A DNA stretch of 30,897 nt from Verrucomicrobiales bacterium (lineage in GTDB: Bacteria; Verrucomicrobiota; Verrucomicrobiia; Limisphaerales; UBA1096), in NCBI GenBank assembly GCA_028817635.1, contig JAPPPH010000115.1, positions 1 through 30,897 on the forward strand. The letters run 5' to 3'. Below are positions 8,064 to 17,114 of the stretch, one piece after another (position 1 is the first letter of the stretch; each line of letters opens with the position of its first letter). The notes beneath the pieces are model-generated. The model searched no databases. It was given only the letters and a program-made list of their open reading frames with translations, and was not told where the DNA came from. Made by a program: the position numbers and the translations under genes.

Positions 8064-10946
8064 ATGGCTTGCGGTCGTGCATTTTTGAGGCGTCCGTGGC
8101 TGCTCATCCTGTTCGCTGCCCAACTGGCTGCCCAAGCGGCGCCGGATTTTCAGCGCGACGTTCGGCCGATATTGGCCGGGCATTGTTTCAAGTGTCACGG
8201 GCCGGACGAGAAAACCCGTAAGGCCGATCTCCGGCTGGACGTCCGGCCGGAGGAGGACGCGTTCGCCCGCTTGGCCAAGCGCATCGACCACCCCGACCCC
8301 GACGAATTGATGCCGCCGCCCTCGGCCAAAAAGCCGCTGTCCGCCGCCCAAAAAAAGGTGCTTCAGAAATGGGTGCAGGCCGGTGCCGGGTACACTGAGC
8401 ACTGGGCGTTCATCCCGCCAAAGGCCAAGCCGTTGCCGAAGGTGAACCAGACCGACTGGCCCCGGAACGACATTGACCATTTCGTTTTGGCCCGGCTAGA
8501 GACGTCCGGAAAATCCCCTTCAGCGGAGGCGGATCGTTACCGGTTGATCCGCCGCCTGTCGCTGGATCTCATTGGCCTGCCGCCCACGCCGGGAGAGGTT
8601 CGGGAGTTCGTGGAGGACACACGGCCGGATGCCTACGAGCGGCTGGTGGATAGACTGCTCGACCGGCCGGAGTACGGCGAGCACTGGTCGTCGTCATGGC
8701 TCGACCTCGCACGTTATGCCGACACGAACGGCTACGAGAAGGATCGCCCGCGAACCATCTGGCCGTGGCGAGACTGGGTAATCCGCGCCATCAACGACGA
8801 CATGCCGTTCGATCAATTCACCGTCGAACAGATCGCCGGCGACATGCTGCCGGGCGCCACATTGTCGCAGCGCGTGGCCACTGGTTTTCATCGTAACACG
8901 ATGGTCAACGAGGAGGGCGGCATCGATCCGCTTGAGTTCCGATTCTACGCGATGGTCGATCGCGTCAACACCACCGGCACCGCGTGGCTTGGCCTCACGC
9001 TGGGCTGTGCGCAGTGTCACACGCACAAGTTCGACCCGGTACCGCACCGGTCGTACTACGAGCTGATGGCGTTCATGAACAACACGGCCGAACCGGAGCT
9101 GCCGCTGTTCACGCCGGAGCAGAAAATCAAAAAGGAATCGGTCGAGAAACAAATTCGCGAACAACTCTCGTCGCTCGCGGTCGACAACGCCAAGTATGAG
9201 GCTTGGCTCAACAAAGAACGGGCGACCGCCGTACCGTGGCAAACCATCGTCCCCGCAAAAATGAAGGCGAGCATCGGCTGGCTGGAGCTGCTCGAGGATC
9301 AATCCATTTTTGCCAGTGGCGACACGCGCAAGCACGACACCTACGAGCTTGAGTTTAACGATCTGCCCGAGGGGATCACCACGCTGCGGCTCGAGGCGTT
9401 GCCGGATGCGCGTCTGCCCAAGGGAGGCCCCGGCCGCGCGTATTACGAGGGGCCGAAGGGCGATTTTTTCCTGAGCGAACTCAGGCTCATCGCAGACGGC
9501 CAAGCGGTGAAATTGGAATCCGGCTCAGAAAATCATGCCAAGCAGTGGATCGGCAGCGGCAAACCCGGCGCGATGGCTGCGCTGGACGGCGATCTGCAGA
9601 CCGGCTGGTCTGCCAGCGGGCGCGAGGGCAAGCCCAGTCAGGCCGTTTGGCAACTGGCCAAGCCGCTCACAGCCAGCTCGCTCACGGTGCAAATGGATTT
9701 CAGCCGCCACTACTCCGCGAGCCTTGGCCGGTTTCGCTTCTCGGTGGCCAAGCGCGACAAAGCGCCCAAGGCAAAGGAACTGCCCGGCGACATCGCGGCC
9801 CGCTTGGCCAAGCCGGCCGATGCGCTTGGCCAAGCGGACCGCGACGCCCTCCGCGCACACTACATCGAGACCACCGGCGACGCGGCCGAGCTTCGGAAGC
9901 CGATAGAGGCACTTCGTCGGGGCATCCCCAAACCACCCACCACGCTTGTGATGCACGAGCGTCCGGCAAGCCGTGTTCGCCCGACGCACCGCCATCATCG
10001 CGGCGAATTCCTTTCGCCCCGCGAAACGGTTCTACCGAAAGTGCTGCCGTTCCTGCCGCCCCTCGCGGAGGAACTGCCGCGCAACCGGCTTGGTTTTGCG
10101 CGGTGGCTGGTTGACCCGGCCAATCCGCTCACGGCCCGTGTCACTGTCAACCGGCTGTGGGCATCCATTTTTGGTGAAGGCATCGTGCGCACGACGGAGG
10201 ATTTTGGTTACACCGGCGCTTCCCCCACGAATCCAGAGCTGCTCGACTGGCTCGCGTTGGAATTCATCCGTCAGGGTTGGTCTCAGAAAAAACTGCTGCG
10301 GCTCATCGTCACCAGTGCCACCTATCGGCAGCGATCCGGGACGGAGTACCGGCTGAGCGCAGAGCAGATTCGTGACTCTCTCCTGAGCGTCAGCGGCCTA
10401 CTGCATCAGCGGATCGGTGGGGCGAGCGTTTTCCCGCCGCAACCCGGGAGCATCGGCGAGGGCATCTACGGTGGCGGCGGCTGGAAAACCAGCTCAGGCG
10501 CGGATCGTTATCGACGGAGCCTTTATACCTACCGCAAACGCTCAATGCCCTACGCGATGCACGACACGTTTGATGCCCCCAGCCACGAAACCTGCGTGGC
10601 GCGTCGTGAGGTTTCCAACACCCCGTTGCAGGCGTTGACGCTGTTGAACGACCCCCTCCCCATCGAGGCAAGCCGCGCACTTGCCCAATGGGCGGTGCAG
10701 CAGTCCGGCGATCGGGCGTCTGTTTCGAAGGCGTTGTTTGAGCGATGCCTTTCTCGTCCGCCGGATGCCAGGGAACAAAAGATCGTACTGGATTATTTCG
10801 AAAAAACGCTTCGACGATTTGAATCCGGCGAAATCGATGCCGCCAAGGTGGCCGGCCCCGGCCCCGGGGACACAAACAAAAGAGCTGCATGGACCGCCCT
10901 GTCCCGTGCACTGCTCAACACACACGAATTTATCACCCGCAATTGA
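8064..10946 (+). CDS. PSD1/planctomycete cytochrome c domain protein (DUF1549/DUF1553 type)
   Basis: Signal peptide, [11 protein letters not shown], heme-binding [68 protein letters not shown]-like [21 protein letters not shown]. Confidence 0.88.
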   Translation: MACGRAFLRRPWLLILFAAQLAAQAAPDFQRDVRPILAGHCFKCHGPDEKTRKADLRLDVRPEEDAFARLAKRIDHPDPDELMPPPSAKKPLSAAQKKVLQKWVQAGAGYTEHWAFIPPKAKPLPKVNQTDWPRNDIDHFVLARLETSGKSPSAEADRYRLIRRLSLDLIGLPPTPGEVREFVEDTRPDAYERLVDRLLDRPEYGEHWSSSWLDLARYADTNGYEKDRPRTIWPWRDWVIRAINDDMPFDQFTVEQIAGDMLPGATLSQRVATGFHRNTMVNEEGGIDPLEFRFYAMVDRVNTTGTAWLGLTLGCAQCHTHKFDPVPHRSYYELMAFMNNTAEPELPLFTPEQKIKKESVEKQIREQLSSLAVDNAKYEAWLNKERATAVPWQTIVPAKMKASIGWLELLEDQSIFASGDTRKHDTYELEFNDLPEGITTLRLEALPDARLPKGGPGRAYYEGPKGDFFLSELRLIADGQAVKLESGSENHAKQWIGSGKPGAMAALDGDLQTGWSASGREGKPSQAVWQLAKPLTASSLTVQMDFSRHYSASLGRFRFSVAKRDKAPKAKELPGDIAARLAKPADALGQADRDALRAHYIETTGDAAELRKPIEALRRGIPKPPTTLVMHERPASRVRPTHRHHRGEFLSPRETVLPKVLPFLPPLAEELPRNRLGFARWLVDPANPLTARVTVNRLWASIFGEGIVRTTEDFGYTGASPTNPELLDWLALEFIRQGWSQKKLLRLIVTSATYRQRSGTEYRLSAEQIRDSLLSVSGLLHQRIGGASVFPPQPGSIGEGIYGGGGWKTSSGADRYRRSLYTYRKRSMPYAMHDTFDAPSHETCVARREVSNTPLQALTLLNDPLPIEASRALAQWAVQQSGDRASVSKALFERCLSRPPDAREQKIVLDYFEKTLRRFESGEIDAAKVAGPGPGDTNKRAAWTALSRALLNTHEFITRN

Positions 10947-10948
10947 GG

Positions 10949-12379
10949 ATGAATAAAACGAATCTAACGGACTCGCAGGCTCGTCCCTCCAATTCCTCGG
11001 AGATTACGCGGCGGCACTTCTTTGGGGAATGCGGCTATGGGGTGGGCAAGATTGCGCTGGCTGGGTTGTTGACCGGGTCGCTTGGCCAAGCGCGGGCGCG
11101 CACCCACTTTGCGCCCAAGGCCAAGCGGGTGATTCATCTTTTCCAGGCCGGCGCACCGAGCCAGCTGGAGCTGTTTGATAACAAGCCCAAGCTGAAACAG
11201 CTCGAGGGCAAACCGCTGCCGCCCTCTGTGATCGGCGATCAGCGTTACGCCTTTATCCAACGCGATGCCGCCGTGCTGGGGCCGCGGTTTGGCTTTGCGC
11301 GACACGGCCAATCCGGCGCGGAGTTGTCCGACAAATTGCCGCACTTGGCCAAGGTCGTCGATGACATCGCCATCATCCGGTCGATGCACACGGATCAGTT
11401 CAATCACGCGCCCGGGCAGATTTTTTTCAATACCGGTTTTGCCCAGCCCGGCCGACCGTGCCTCGGTTCGTGGCTCAGTTACGGTCTCGGTGCCGAGACG
11501 AGTAATCTGCCTGCTTTTGTTGTGCTTTCCACCGGCGGCGGCATCAGCGGCGGCTCGGCGTTGTGGTCGGCCGGGTTCATGCCGGGCAAACATGCCGGGG
11601 TCCGCTTTCGAAACTCGGGCGATCCCATCCTCAACGTGAGCCGGCCCGAGGGCGTGGATGCCCAGCTTCAGCGCGACTCGATAGACCTGATCGGTGCGCT
11701 CAATCGTCGACGATTGGAGATTGAAAACGACCCCGAAATTGCCACGCGCATTGACAGCTACGAGATGGCGTATCGGCTGCAGGCCAGCGCGCCGGAGTTG
11801 ATGGACTTGAAAAGTGAAAGCGCCGAGACACTCAAGCTCTACGGCGCTGACCCGGCCAAGCCGTCGTATGCCCGCGCCTGTCTGCTCGCGCGGCGCATGA
11901 TTGAGCGCGGCGTGCGTTGCGTGAACATTTACCACTCCGGCTGGGATGCCCACTCCAACGTTGCCGGCAACGTAACCAACAACGCACGCACCACCGATCA
12001 GGCCAGCGCGGCATTGATCACCGATCTCAAGCGGCGTGGCCTGTTGGAGGATACGATGGTTATTTGGGGGGGGGAGTTTGGGCGCACGCCAATGGTTGAG
12101 AGTAACCCCACGCTCAACCGTTCACAGGGTCGTGATCACCATCCGCAGGCGTTCAGTCTTTGGATGGCCGGCGGCGGCGTGAAGGGCGGTGTCACCCTTG
12201 GCGCCACTGATGAACTTGGCTTTCACATCACCGAACGACCTGTGCACATCCATGATCTGCAGGCGACGATTCTTCATTTGCTTGGGCTGGATCACGAGCG
12301 GTTGACGTTTCACCACGGCGGCCGCGACTACCGCCTCACCGACGTACACGGCAAACTGGTTCGGGAAGTGGTTGCGTGA
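10949..12379 (+). CDS. DUF1501 family protein with Tat-like leader (second copy)
   Basis: ITRRHFF leader. Motifs AKRVIHLFQAGAPSQLELFDNKP, ACLLARRMIERGVR, WDAH, WGGEFGRTP, GRDHHP, VHIHDLQATILHLLG. ATG 10949 is 2 nt after the upstream stop. Confidence 0.88.
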   Translation: MNKTNLTDSQARPSNSSEITRRHFFGECGYGVGKIALAGLLTGSLGQARARTHFAPKAKRVIHLFQAGAPSQLELFDNKPKLKQLEGKPLPPSVIGDQRYAFIQRDAAVLGPRFGFARHGQSGAELSDKLPHLAKVVDDIAIIRSMHTDQFNHAPGQIFFNTGFAQPGRPCLGSWLSYGLGAETSNLPAFVVLSTGGGISGGSALWSAGFMPGKHAGVRFRNSGDPILNVSRPEGVDAQLQRDSIDLIGALNRRRLEIENDPEIATRIDSYEMAYRLQASAPELMDLKSESAETLKLYGADPAKPSYARACLLARRMIERGVRCVNIYHSGWDAHSNVAGNVTNNARTTDQASAALITDLKRRGLLEDTMVIWGGEFGRTPMVESNPTLNRSQGRDHHPQAFSLWMAGGGVKGGVTLGATDELGFHITERPVHIHDLQATILHLLGLDHERLTFHHGGRDYRLTDVHGKLVREVVA

Positions 12380-12381
12380 CA

Positions 12382-12405
12382 CTTGGCCAAGCGCTTGGCC
12401 AAGCG
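12382..12405. repeat. Tandem palindrome pair filling most of a convergent intergenic gap
   Basis: CTTGGCCAAGCGCTTGGCCAAGCG lies between TGA 12379 and the minus-strand stop at 12413. Confidence 0.95.
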
Positions 12406-12412
12406 GACTTCG

Positions 12413-12877
12413 TCAGATGTTTTCCTTGGGCGCCTCGGGATCGTCCTTGGGCGCTTTGCTCTGAGGGCGGGCGCCGGGGGGCGGCTCGACGATGACGACC
12501 GGGATCGGGTAGCGCAGTTTCATCACCTCGTCCACCACGACCTCGATCGTGTAGACGCCGGGGGCCTCGAATTGTGTGCCGGCGAACATCGCGACATTGG
12601 TTGCACAGTGCGCCGGGTCGCGCAGGACGAACTTGGTCTCGCACTTGCGCATGACGGTTTCCTGATCGGGGGCGATGAGCCGGATGTTTTCGTGAAACTC
12701 ACCCACACCGGCCACCCAGCGGGTGAAGACGCAAAGTTTGCCGGCGACGATCGGCAGCTTGGGCACGCGGATGGCACCGATGATGCCCAGCGCGATGAAG
12801 TTGCCGGTGACCTCCTGCCGTACGTCTTCGCACAGCACGGAGCATTGCAGGTCGGGAAGGATTCGGGAGGCTTGCAT
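12413..12877 (-). CDS. Conserved hypothetical protein (small beta-sandwich, DUF6941-like)
   Basis: ATG abuts the folD stop codon. Pattern CSVLCEDVRQE..G...LGI, then F..PGVY.IEV.VD. Family recalled from memory. Confidence 0.6.
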   Translation of the reverse strand: MQASRILPDLQCSVLCEDVRQEVTGNFIALGIIGAIRVPKLPIVAGKLCVFTRWVAGVGEFHENIRLIAPDQETVMRKCETKFVLRDPAHCATNVAMFAGTQFEAPGVYTIEVVVDEVMKLRYPIPVVIVEPPPGARPQSKAPKDDPEAPKENI

Positions 12878-13783
12878 TTAAATGGTTGGGTTGCCTTTGC
12901 CGGTTTGTTGTTCCGCGGCACGGACGGTGTTGCGCATGAGCATGGCGATGGTCATCGGGCCGACGCCGCCGGGGTTGGGTGTGATTTTCCCGGCGATCGG
13001 CTGCACGGCGGCGAAGTCGACATCGCCCACGAGCCGGTAGCCCTTTTCGGCGGCGGTATCGTCGACTCGATTGACTCCGACATCGATCACGGTTGCCCCC
13101 GGCTTGCACATGTCGGCCTTGACGAAATCGGCCACACCCATCGCCGCGACCAGGATGTCCGCCCGGCGGCAGTGCTCCGCGACATCGCGGCTGCGCGAGT
13201 GGCAGAGGGTGACGGTGGCATTGGCGTGCTTGTCTTTCTGGCAGAGGATCGCCGTCATCGGTTTGCCGACGATGTTGCCCCGGCCAAGGACCACGACCTT
13301 GGCGCCCTCCACCGGCACGCCGGAGCGGATGAGCAGCTCGTGAACCCCGCCGGGGGTGCACGGCACGAAACCGCCGCCCTCACCCAGCATCAGTTTGCCG
13401 ACGTTCACCGGGTGAAATCCGTCGATGTCTTTTCCGGGCGATACCGTTGAGAAAACCTTGGTCTCGTCGATGTGCCCCGGCAGCGGCGCTTGCACCAGCA
13501 CGCCGTGCACGCTGTCGTCGGCATTGAGTTTCTCGAGTAGCTCGAGCAGTTCGGCCTCGGGGGTGTCCTCCGGTAGGACGGTGGTTTCGGAACGGATACC
13601 GAGCTTGGCTGCGGTGCGCTCCTTCATGCCGACGTAGACGCGCGATGCGGGGTCTTCTCCCACGCGAATGAATACAAGGCACGGCTCCACGCCGTCTGCC
13701 TTCAGGGCAGCGACACGGGCTTCGGTCTCCGCGTGGACCTCCTTGGCGATCGCGCGGCCATCGATCAAATTATCCAGTGACAT
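12878..13783 (-). CDS. folD: Bifunctional methylenetetrahydrofolate dehydrogenase/cyclohydrolase
   Basis: IDGRAIA, VGEDPASRVYV, VHGVLVQAPLP, KDIDGFHPVN, PCTPGG, GRGNIVGKP, ATVTLCHSRS, VIDVGVNR, ITPNPGGVGPMTIAML. Confidence 0.97.
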   Translation of the reverse strand: MSLDNLIDGRAIAKEVHAETEARVAALKADGVEPCLVFIRVGEDPASRVYVGMKERTAAKLGIRSETTVLPEDTPEAELLELLEKLNADDSVHGVLVQAPLPGHIDETKVFSTVSPGKDIDGFHPVNVGKLMLGEGGGFVPCTPGGVHELLIRSGVPVEGAKVVVLGRGNIVGKPMTAILCQKDKHANATVTLCHSRSRDVAEHCRRADILVAAMGVADFVKADMCKPGATVIDVGVNRVDDTAAEKGYRLVGDVDFAAVQPIAGKITPNPGGVGPMTIAMLMRNTVRAAEQQTGKGNPTI

Positions 13784-14985
13784 CAGGGAACGGTCTTGAG
13801 GGTGCGCACATCGAGCAGCGGAAGCGAGGGCCAGCGGGGATCGACCGCTTCCACTCCGGTCAGGATCACCTTGCGATTGCGCAGCATGTTCATCAGCCGT
13901 TCGAACGTGATCGGCTCCTCTTCGTCATCCGCCACCTTCAGCGGGGTTTCGTCTGATGAGAACAGGTAATTCAGAGTGCGGCCTTTTTCGTCCACCAACT
14001 CGTAGCGACTCGGTGCACGGGGGCTCCGGAAAAACCGGCGCTTGATTTTGCCTTCGCGAGTGACAATGCGCGGCGGCGGGACCGGGAGTTCCTTTTTCGA
14101 GGTGACGGGTGCGGGATCCGGCTTAATCTCCTCGGCGTCCTCCGGGTTGCCTGCCGGTGGGTTGTTTGTGTCCGTGCCTTCCTCGACCACCACGACCTCG
14201 GGCTCCGGCACATCCGGCATGTCGTTGGTTGTGGGTTCCTGCTTCGACTCGGTGGATTCGGTGGTTTCCGTGGACTCGGTTGTTTCAGTGGTCTCAGTGG
14301 TCTCCGCAGCGGTAGCCGGCTCCTCCGTGGTCTCTGTGTTGGCCGTTTTTTCCTCGGTAGTTTCGGTCACTTCAGTGGTTGCATCCGGTTTTTCCTCCGT
14401 TGTTTCGGTGGATTCAGTCGTCTCGGCTACCTCGGTGGATTCCGTGTTTTCAGTCGTCTCGGTGTTCTTCTCCTCAACTGTCTCAGCCACCTCGCCGATC
14501 TCGATAAAACTGGCTGCAACATATGCGTGGGCGCCGTCTGGATGCTCAATCTCAATCCAGTCGCCGGAGGTTCGTTTTTCCTTCACTTCATCATCCTTCG
14601 CCAAGTGGGCGACGATGCTGAAGCGCTCGCTGCCGCCGGCACGGACATTGAGTTTGTTGGCGGTCACCTTGCCTTCCTTGACAAAGGCCATGTGCACCCA
14701 GGTTTGGCCGCCGGCTGGCATGGCGATCTTGAGCCACTCGCTCGGCTCGCCTTCCTTCGGTGGATCAATTTTCACTGTGGCCAGTACGGTGACGGTGTCG
14801 TCTTTGCGGAGCTGGGTGACTCGCTCTCCGATCAGGCTAGCCCGGGCACGAACGTTTACTCGATCGGCGGTAACTTTGCCGGATTTCGGTGGGGCGATAT
14901 CGGTGACGATGCTCTTCGCCGACACGGCTGAAAGCGCCATCAGCCATGCGAGCGCGGGGAGGATGAGACGGCCAAGTGATTTCAT
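13783..14985 (-). CDS. Exported SH3b-domain protein with a Thr/Glu-rich low-complexity linker
   Basis: Signal peptide MKSLGRLILPALAWLMALSAVSA. Two SH3b-like repeats (VTADRVNVRARAS..; VTANKLNVRAGGS..). TETTESTE repeats. Stop overlaps the folD start (ATGA). Confidence 0.7.
   Translation of the reverse strand: MKSLGRLILPALAWLMALSAVSAKSIVTDIAPPKSGKVTADRVNVRARASLIGERVTQLRKDDTVTVLATVKIDPPKEGEPSEWLKIAMPAGGQTWVHMAFVKEGKVTANKLNVRAGGSERFSIVAHLAKDDEVKEKRTSGDWIEIEHPDGAHAYVAASFIEIGEVAETVEEKNTETTENTESTEVAETTESTETTEEKPDATTEVTETTEEKTANTETTEEPATAAETTETTETTESTETTESTESKQEPTTNDMPDVPEPEVVVVEEGTDTNNPPAGNPEDAEEIKPDPAPVTSKKELPVPPPRIVTREGKIKRRFFRSPRAPSRYELVDEKGRTLNYLFSSDETPLKVADDEEEPITFERLMNMLRNRKVILTGVEAVDPRWPSLPLLDVRTLKTVP
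14240..14480 (-). repeat. Degenerate 9-bp-period coding repeat (TET/TES/STE) within the SH3 protein
   Basis: The + strand shows recurring GGTTTCCGT / GGATTCGGT / GGTCTCAGT / AGTTTCGGT units. Boundaries are approximate. Confidence 0.7.
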
Positions 14986-15019
14986 TGGACGCCGAGTGTG
15001 GAACGTCCCTGTTGCCGTG

Positions 15020-15763
15020 TCAATTCCGGCGATGGCTTTCCCGTGTTTTGCCACCGGACCGCAGGCATGAGGCGATCTCGGCCTGACTCAGGACGCGCCA
15101 TTTGCCGAGCGGCAGCTCGCCCAGTTTCACCGGCCCGACCGCGATGCGCTGCAGCCGCAACACCCGATGGCCAAGCGCTTTAAACATCCGGCGAATCTCC
15201 CGGTTTTTCCCCTCGGCCAAAACCAGCTCCACCTCGCTGCGTGTGTTATTGGCGGCCAGTAACTTGGTGCGCTTGGCCTGAAGCCATTCGCCGTTATCGC
15301 GCAGGCCGTTGGTCAGGGTTTTCAAGGCCTCGGTGTTAACCCGCTTGGCCAAGCTCACACGGTAGGTCTTGAGCATGCCGTGCCGGGGGTGGGCCACTTT
15401 TTGGCAGAATTCCCCGTCGTTGGTCAGCAGGATCAACCCCTCGCTGTCGGCGTCCAGCCGGCCGATGGTGAACAAGTGGCCCCAGTCGCCCGGTAGCAGG
15501 TCAAACACCGTCGCCCGGTCGTGGGTGTCCCGGCGGGTGCAGATAATCTTGGGAGGTTTGTTGAGGGCTACGAAGCGCTTGGTCTTGGCCTGAACCGGCT
15601 TGCCGTTCAGCGTGACTTCGTTTTTGGAGGGATCAATCTTAGTGCCAAGCAGGCGGATGACTTGTCCGTCGACGGCGATTTTCCCGGAGAGAATCAGCTT
15701 CTCGCCTTCGCGGCGCGAAGCCACCCCGGCCTCTGACAGGAATTTTTGCAGTCGAACCGTCAC
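15020..15763 (-). CDS. rluB: rRNA pseudouridine synthase, RsuA/RluB/E/F family with S4 domain
   Basis: GTG start, S4 domain RLQKFLSEAGVASRRE, LNKP, catalytic GRLDADSEGLILLTNDG, EGKNREIRRMF, LRLQRIAVGPVKLG. The exact paralogue (RluB, RluF or RsuA) is not certain. Confidence 0.85.
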   Translation of the reverse strand: MTVRLQKFLSEAGVASRREGEKLILSGKIAVDGQVIRLLGTKIDPSKNEVTLNGKPVQAKTKRFVALNKPPKIICTRRDTHDRATVFDLLPGDWGHLFTIGRLDADSEGLILLTNDGEFCQKVAHPRHGMLKTYRVSLAKRVNTEALKTLTNGLRDNGEWLQAKRTKLLAANNTRSEVELVLAEGKNREIRRMFKALGHRVLRLQRIAVGPVKLGELPLGKWRVLSQAEIASCLRSGGKTRESHRRN

Positions 15764-15818
15764 CGCTGGAAAAATAGGGCGGTGGCGTCAGGACGGGGAA
15801 GACAGAAGAACCGGCGGA

Positions 15819-15974
15819 CTATTCCTCCGGCTTGGTTTTCTTCAGGCCGGTGATGCGGCCGCCTTCCTTGAATTCACCACGCTTGCGGAGCAGCTCGACC
15901 CGCTCGAATCGCTTGAGAACGGTGCGCTTGGTCGTGGTGCCGCCGCCGGTTTTCAGACTAGGATGCTGTGACAT
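15819..15974 (-). CDS. Small basic protein, PVC superphylum signature protein (51 aa; absent from the ORF track)
   Basis: Manual translation: MSQHPSLKTGGGTTTKRTVLKRFERVELLRKRGEFKEGGRITGLKKTKPEE, stop TAG. Matches the recalled family pattern MS.H.S....KR.VLKR.ER......G....G..V.GL.K.K (TIGR04137-type). Confidence 0.85.
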   Translation of the reverse strand: MSQHPSLKTGGGTTTKRTVLKRFERVELLRKRGEFKEGGRITGLKKTKPEE

Positions 15975-16025
15975 GTCTCTAAAAAGTAAAGTTTCTGGAG
16001 TCCTCCGCCGAAAAGCGGGCGCGGG

Positions 16026-16053
16026 AACCTACCACAACGAAATTCGATTGCAA
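16026..16053 (-). promoter_or_regulatory. Possible sigma70-type promoter for the small-basic-protein/rluB operon
   Basis: Minus strand reads TTGCAA-16 nt-TAGGTT with a TG extended -10, inside an AT-rich divergent gap about 50 nt upstream of ATG 15974. Confidence 0.3.
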
Positions 16054-16129
16054 CCGGTATTTTTCAGCAAAAAACCGGCTTTTCTCGAGTATGGCAGACG
16101 GGCACGCTGGGCCCAGCACGAATCCGTCC

Positions 16130-17032
16130 ATGACTGTTGTCTCCCGCAAAACCTTATTGCTGCTGCTCGGCTTGGTCCTGGCGCTGCCCTTGGCCAAGTC
16201 GGACGCGCCCGATATTCGCACGGTGAAGCCGGACCTGACCGTGCCCAAGCTCGAGTCCGGCAAGGCGGCCCCCGGCAGCCGGGTCCGGGAGACCCTGCCC
16301 GGCTACAAGAAAACCAAGGTCTATCATGTCACCTATCTTCCGACCAACTGGCAGGCGGGAAAACGCTATCCGGTCATTGTCGAGTACGCCGGCAACAATT
16401 ACCACGGGGCACATGGCGACATCAGCACCGGGCGGCCGGAAGGCAGCAACATGGGCTACGGCATCTCCGGGGGGCGGGGTTTCATCTGGGTTTGTCTGCC
16501 GTACCTCAACGCTGCCGGAGACGACATCGCTCTCACCTGGTGGGGCGACGCGAAAAACCGGACGGCCAAGCCGACGATCGACTATTGCCTCAAGGCTGTT
16601 CCGTGGATTTGTGAACAGTACGGCGGCGACCCCGGGCAGGTCATCCTTGCCGGGTTTTCCCGGGGCGCGATCGCCTGCAACTATCTTGGCCTGCACAACG
16701 ACCGGGTGGCCAAACTGTGGCGGGCGTTTATCCCGTACAGCCATTACGACGGCATCGCCGCCTGGCCGTATCCCGGCTCGGATCGCGACTCGGCGGGCGC
16801 ACGGCTGAAGCGCTTGGCCAAGCGGCCGCAGTTCATCTGCCACGAGGTCACCGGCTCCCGGCTCAACCTCGCGGCCACCCGGCGCTGGCTCAAGTCCACC
16901 GGCCTGACGGAAAATATCACCTTTGCCGAGACCGGTTTTCGCAATCACAACGACGTCTGGCTGCTCCGGCCAAGCGCCGCCCGTAGTCAGCTGCGCCAGT
17001 GGTTGGAGGGTGTTTTGTCACAAAAGCGCTGA
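16130..17032 (+). CDS. Exported alpha/beta-hydrolase-fold protein (esterase-like)
   Basis: Signal peptide. YLP.NW...KRYPVIVEY, nucleophile elbow LAGFSRGA, candidate acid HYDG and His in RNHND. Confidence 0.7.
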   Translation: MTVVSRKTLLLLLGLVLALPLAKSDAPDIRTVKPDLTVPKLESGKAAPGSRVRETLPGYKKTKVYHVTYLPTNWQAGKRYPVIVEYAGNNYHGAHGDISTGRPEGSNMGYGISGGRGFIWVCLPYLNAAGDDIALTWWGDAKNRTAKPTIDYCLKAVPWICEQYGGDPGQVILAGFSRGAIACNYLGLHNDRVAKLWRAFIPYSHYDGIAAWPYPGSDRDSAGARLKRLAKRPQFICHEVTGSRLNLAATRRWLKSTGLTENITFAETGFRNHNDVWLLRPSAARSQLRQWLEGVLSQKR

Positions 17033-17114
17033 ACCAAACTTGGCCAAGCGCGGCTTGCGTCCCGGCGCGGGACGACTACACTTCCGCACCGCTTCAAGGC
17101 GGTACAAAAACGGT

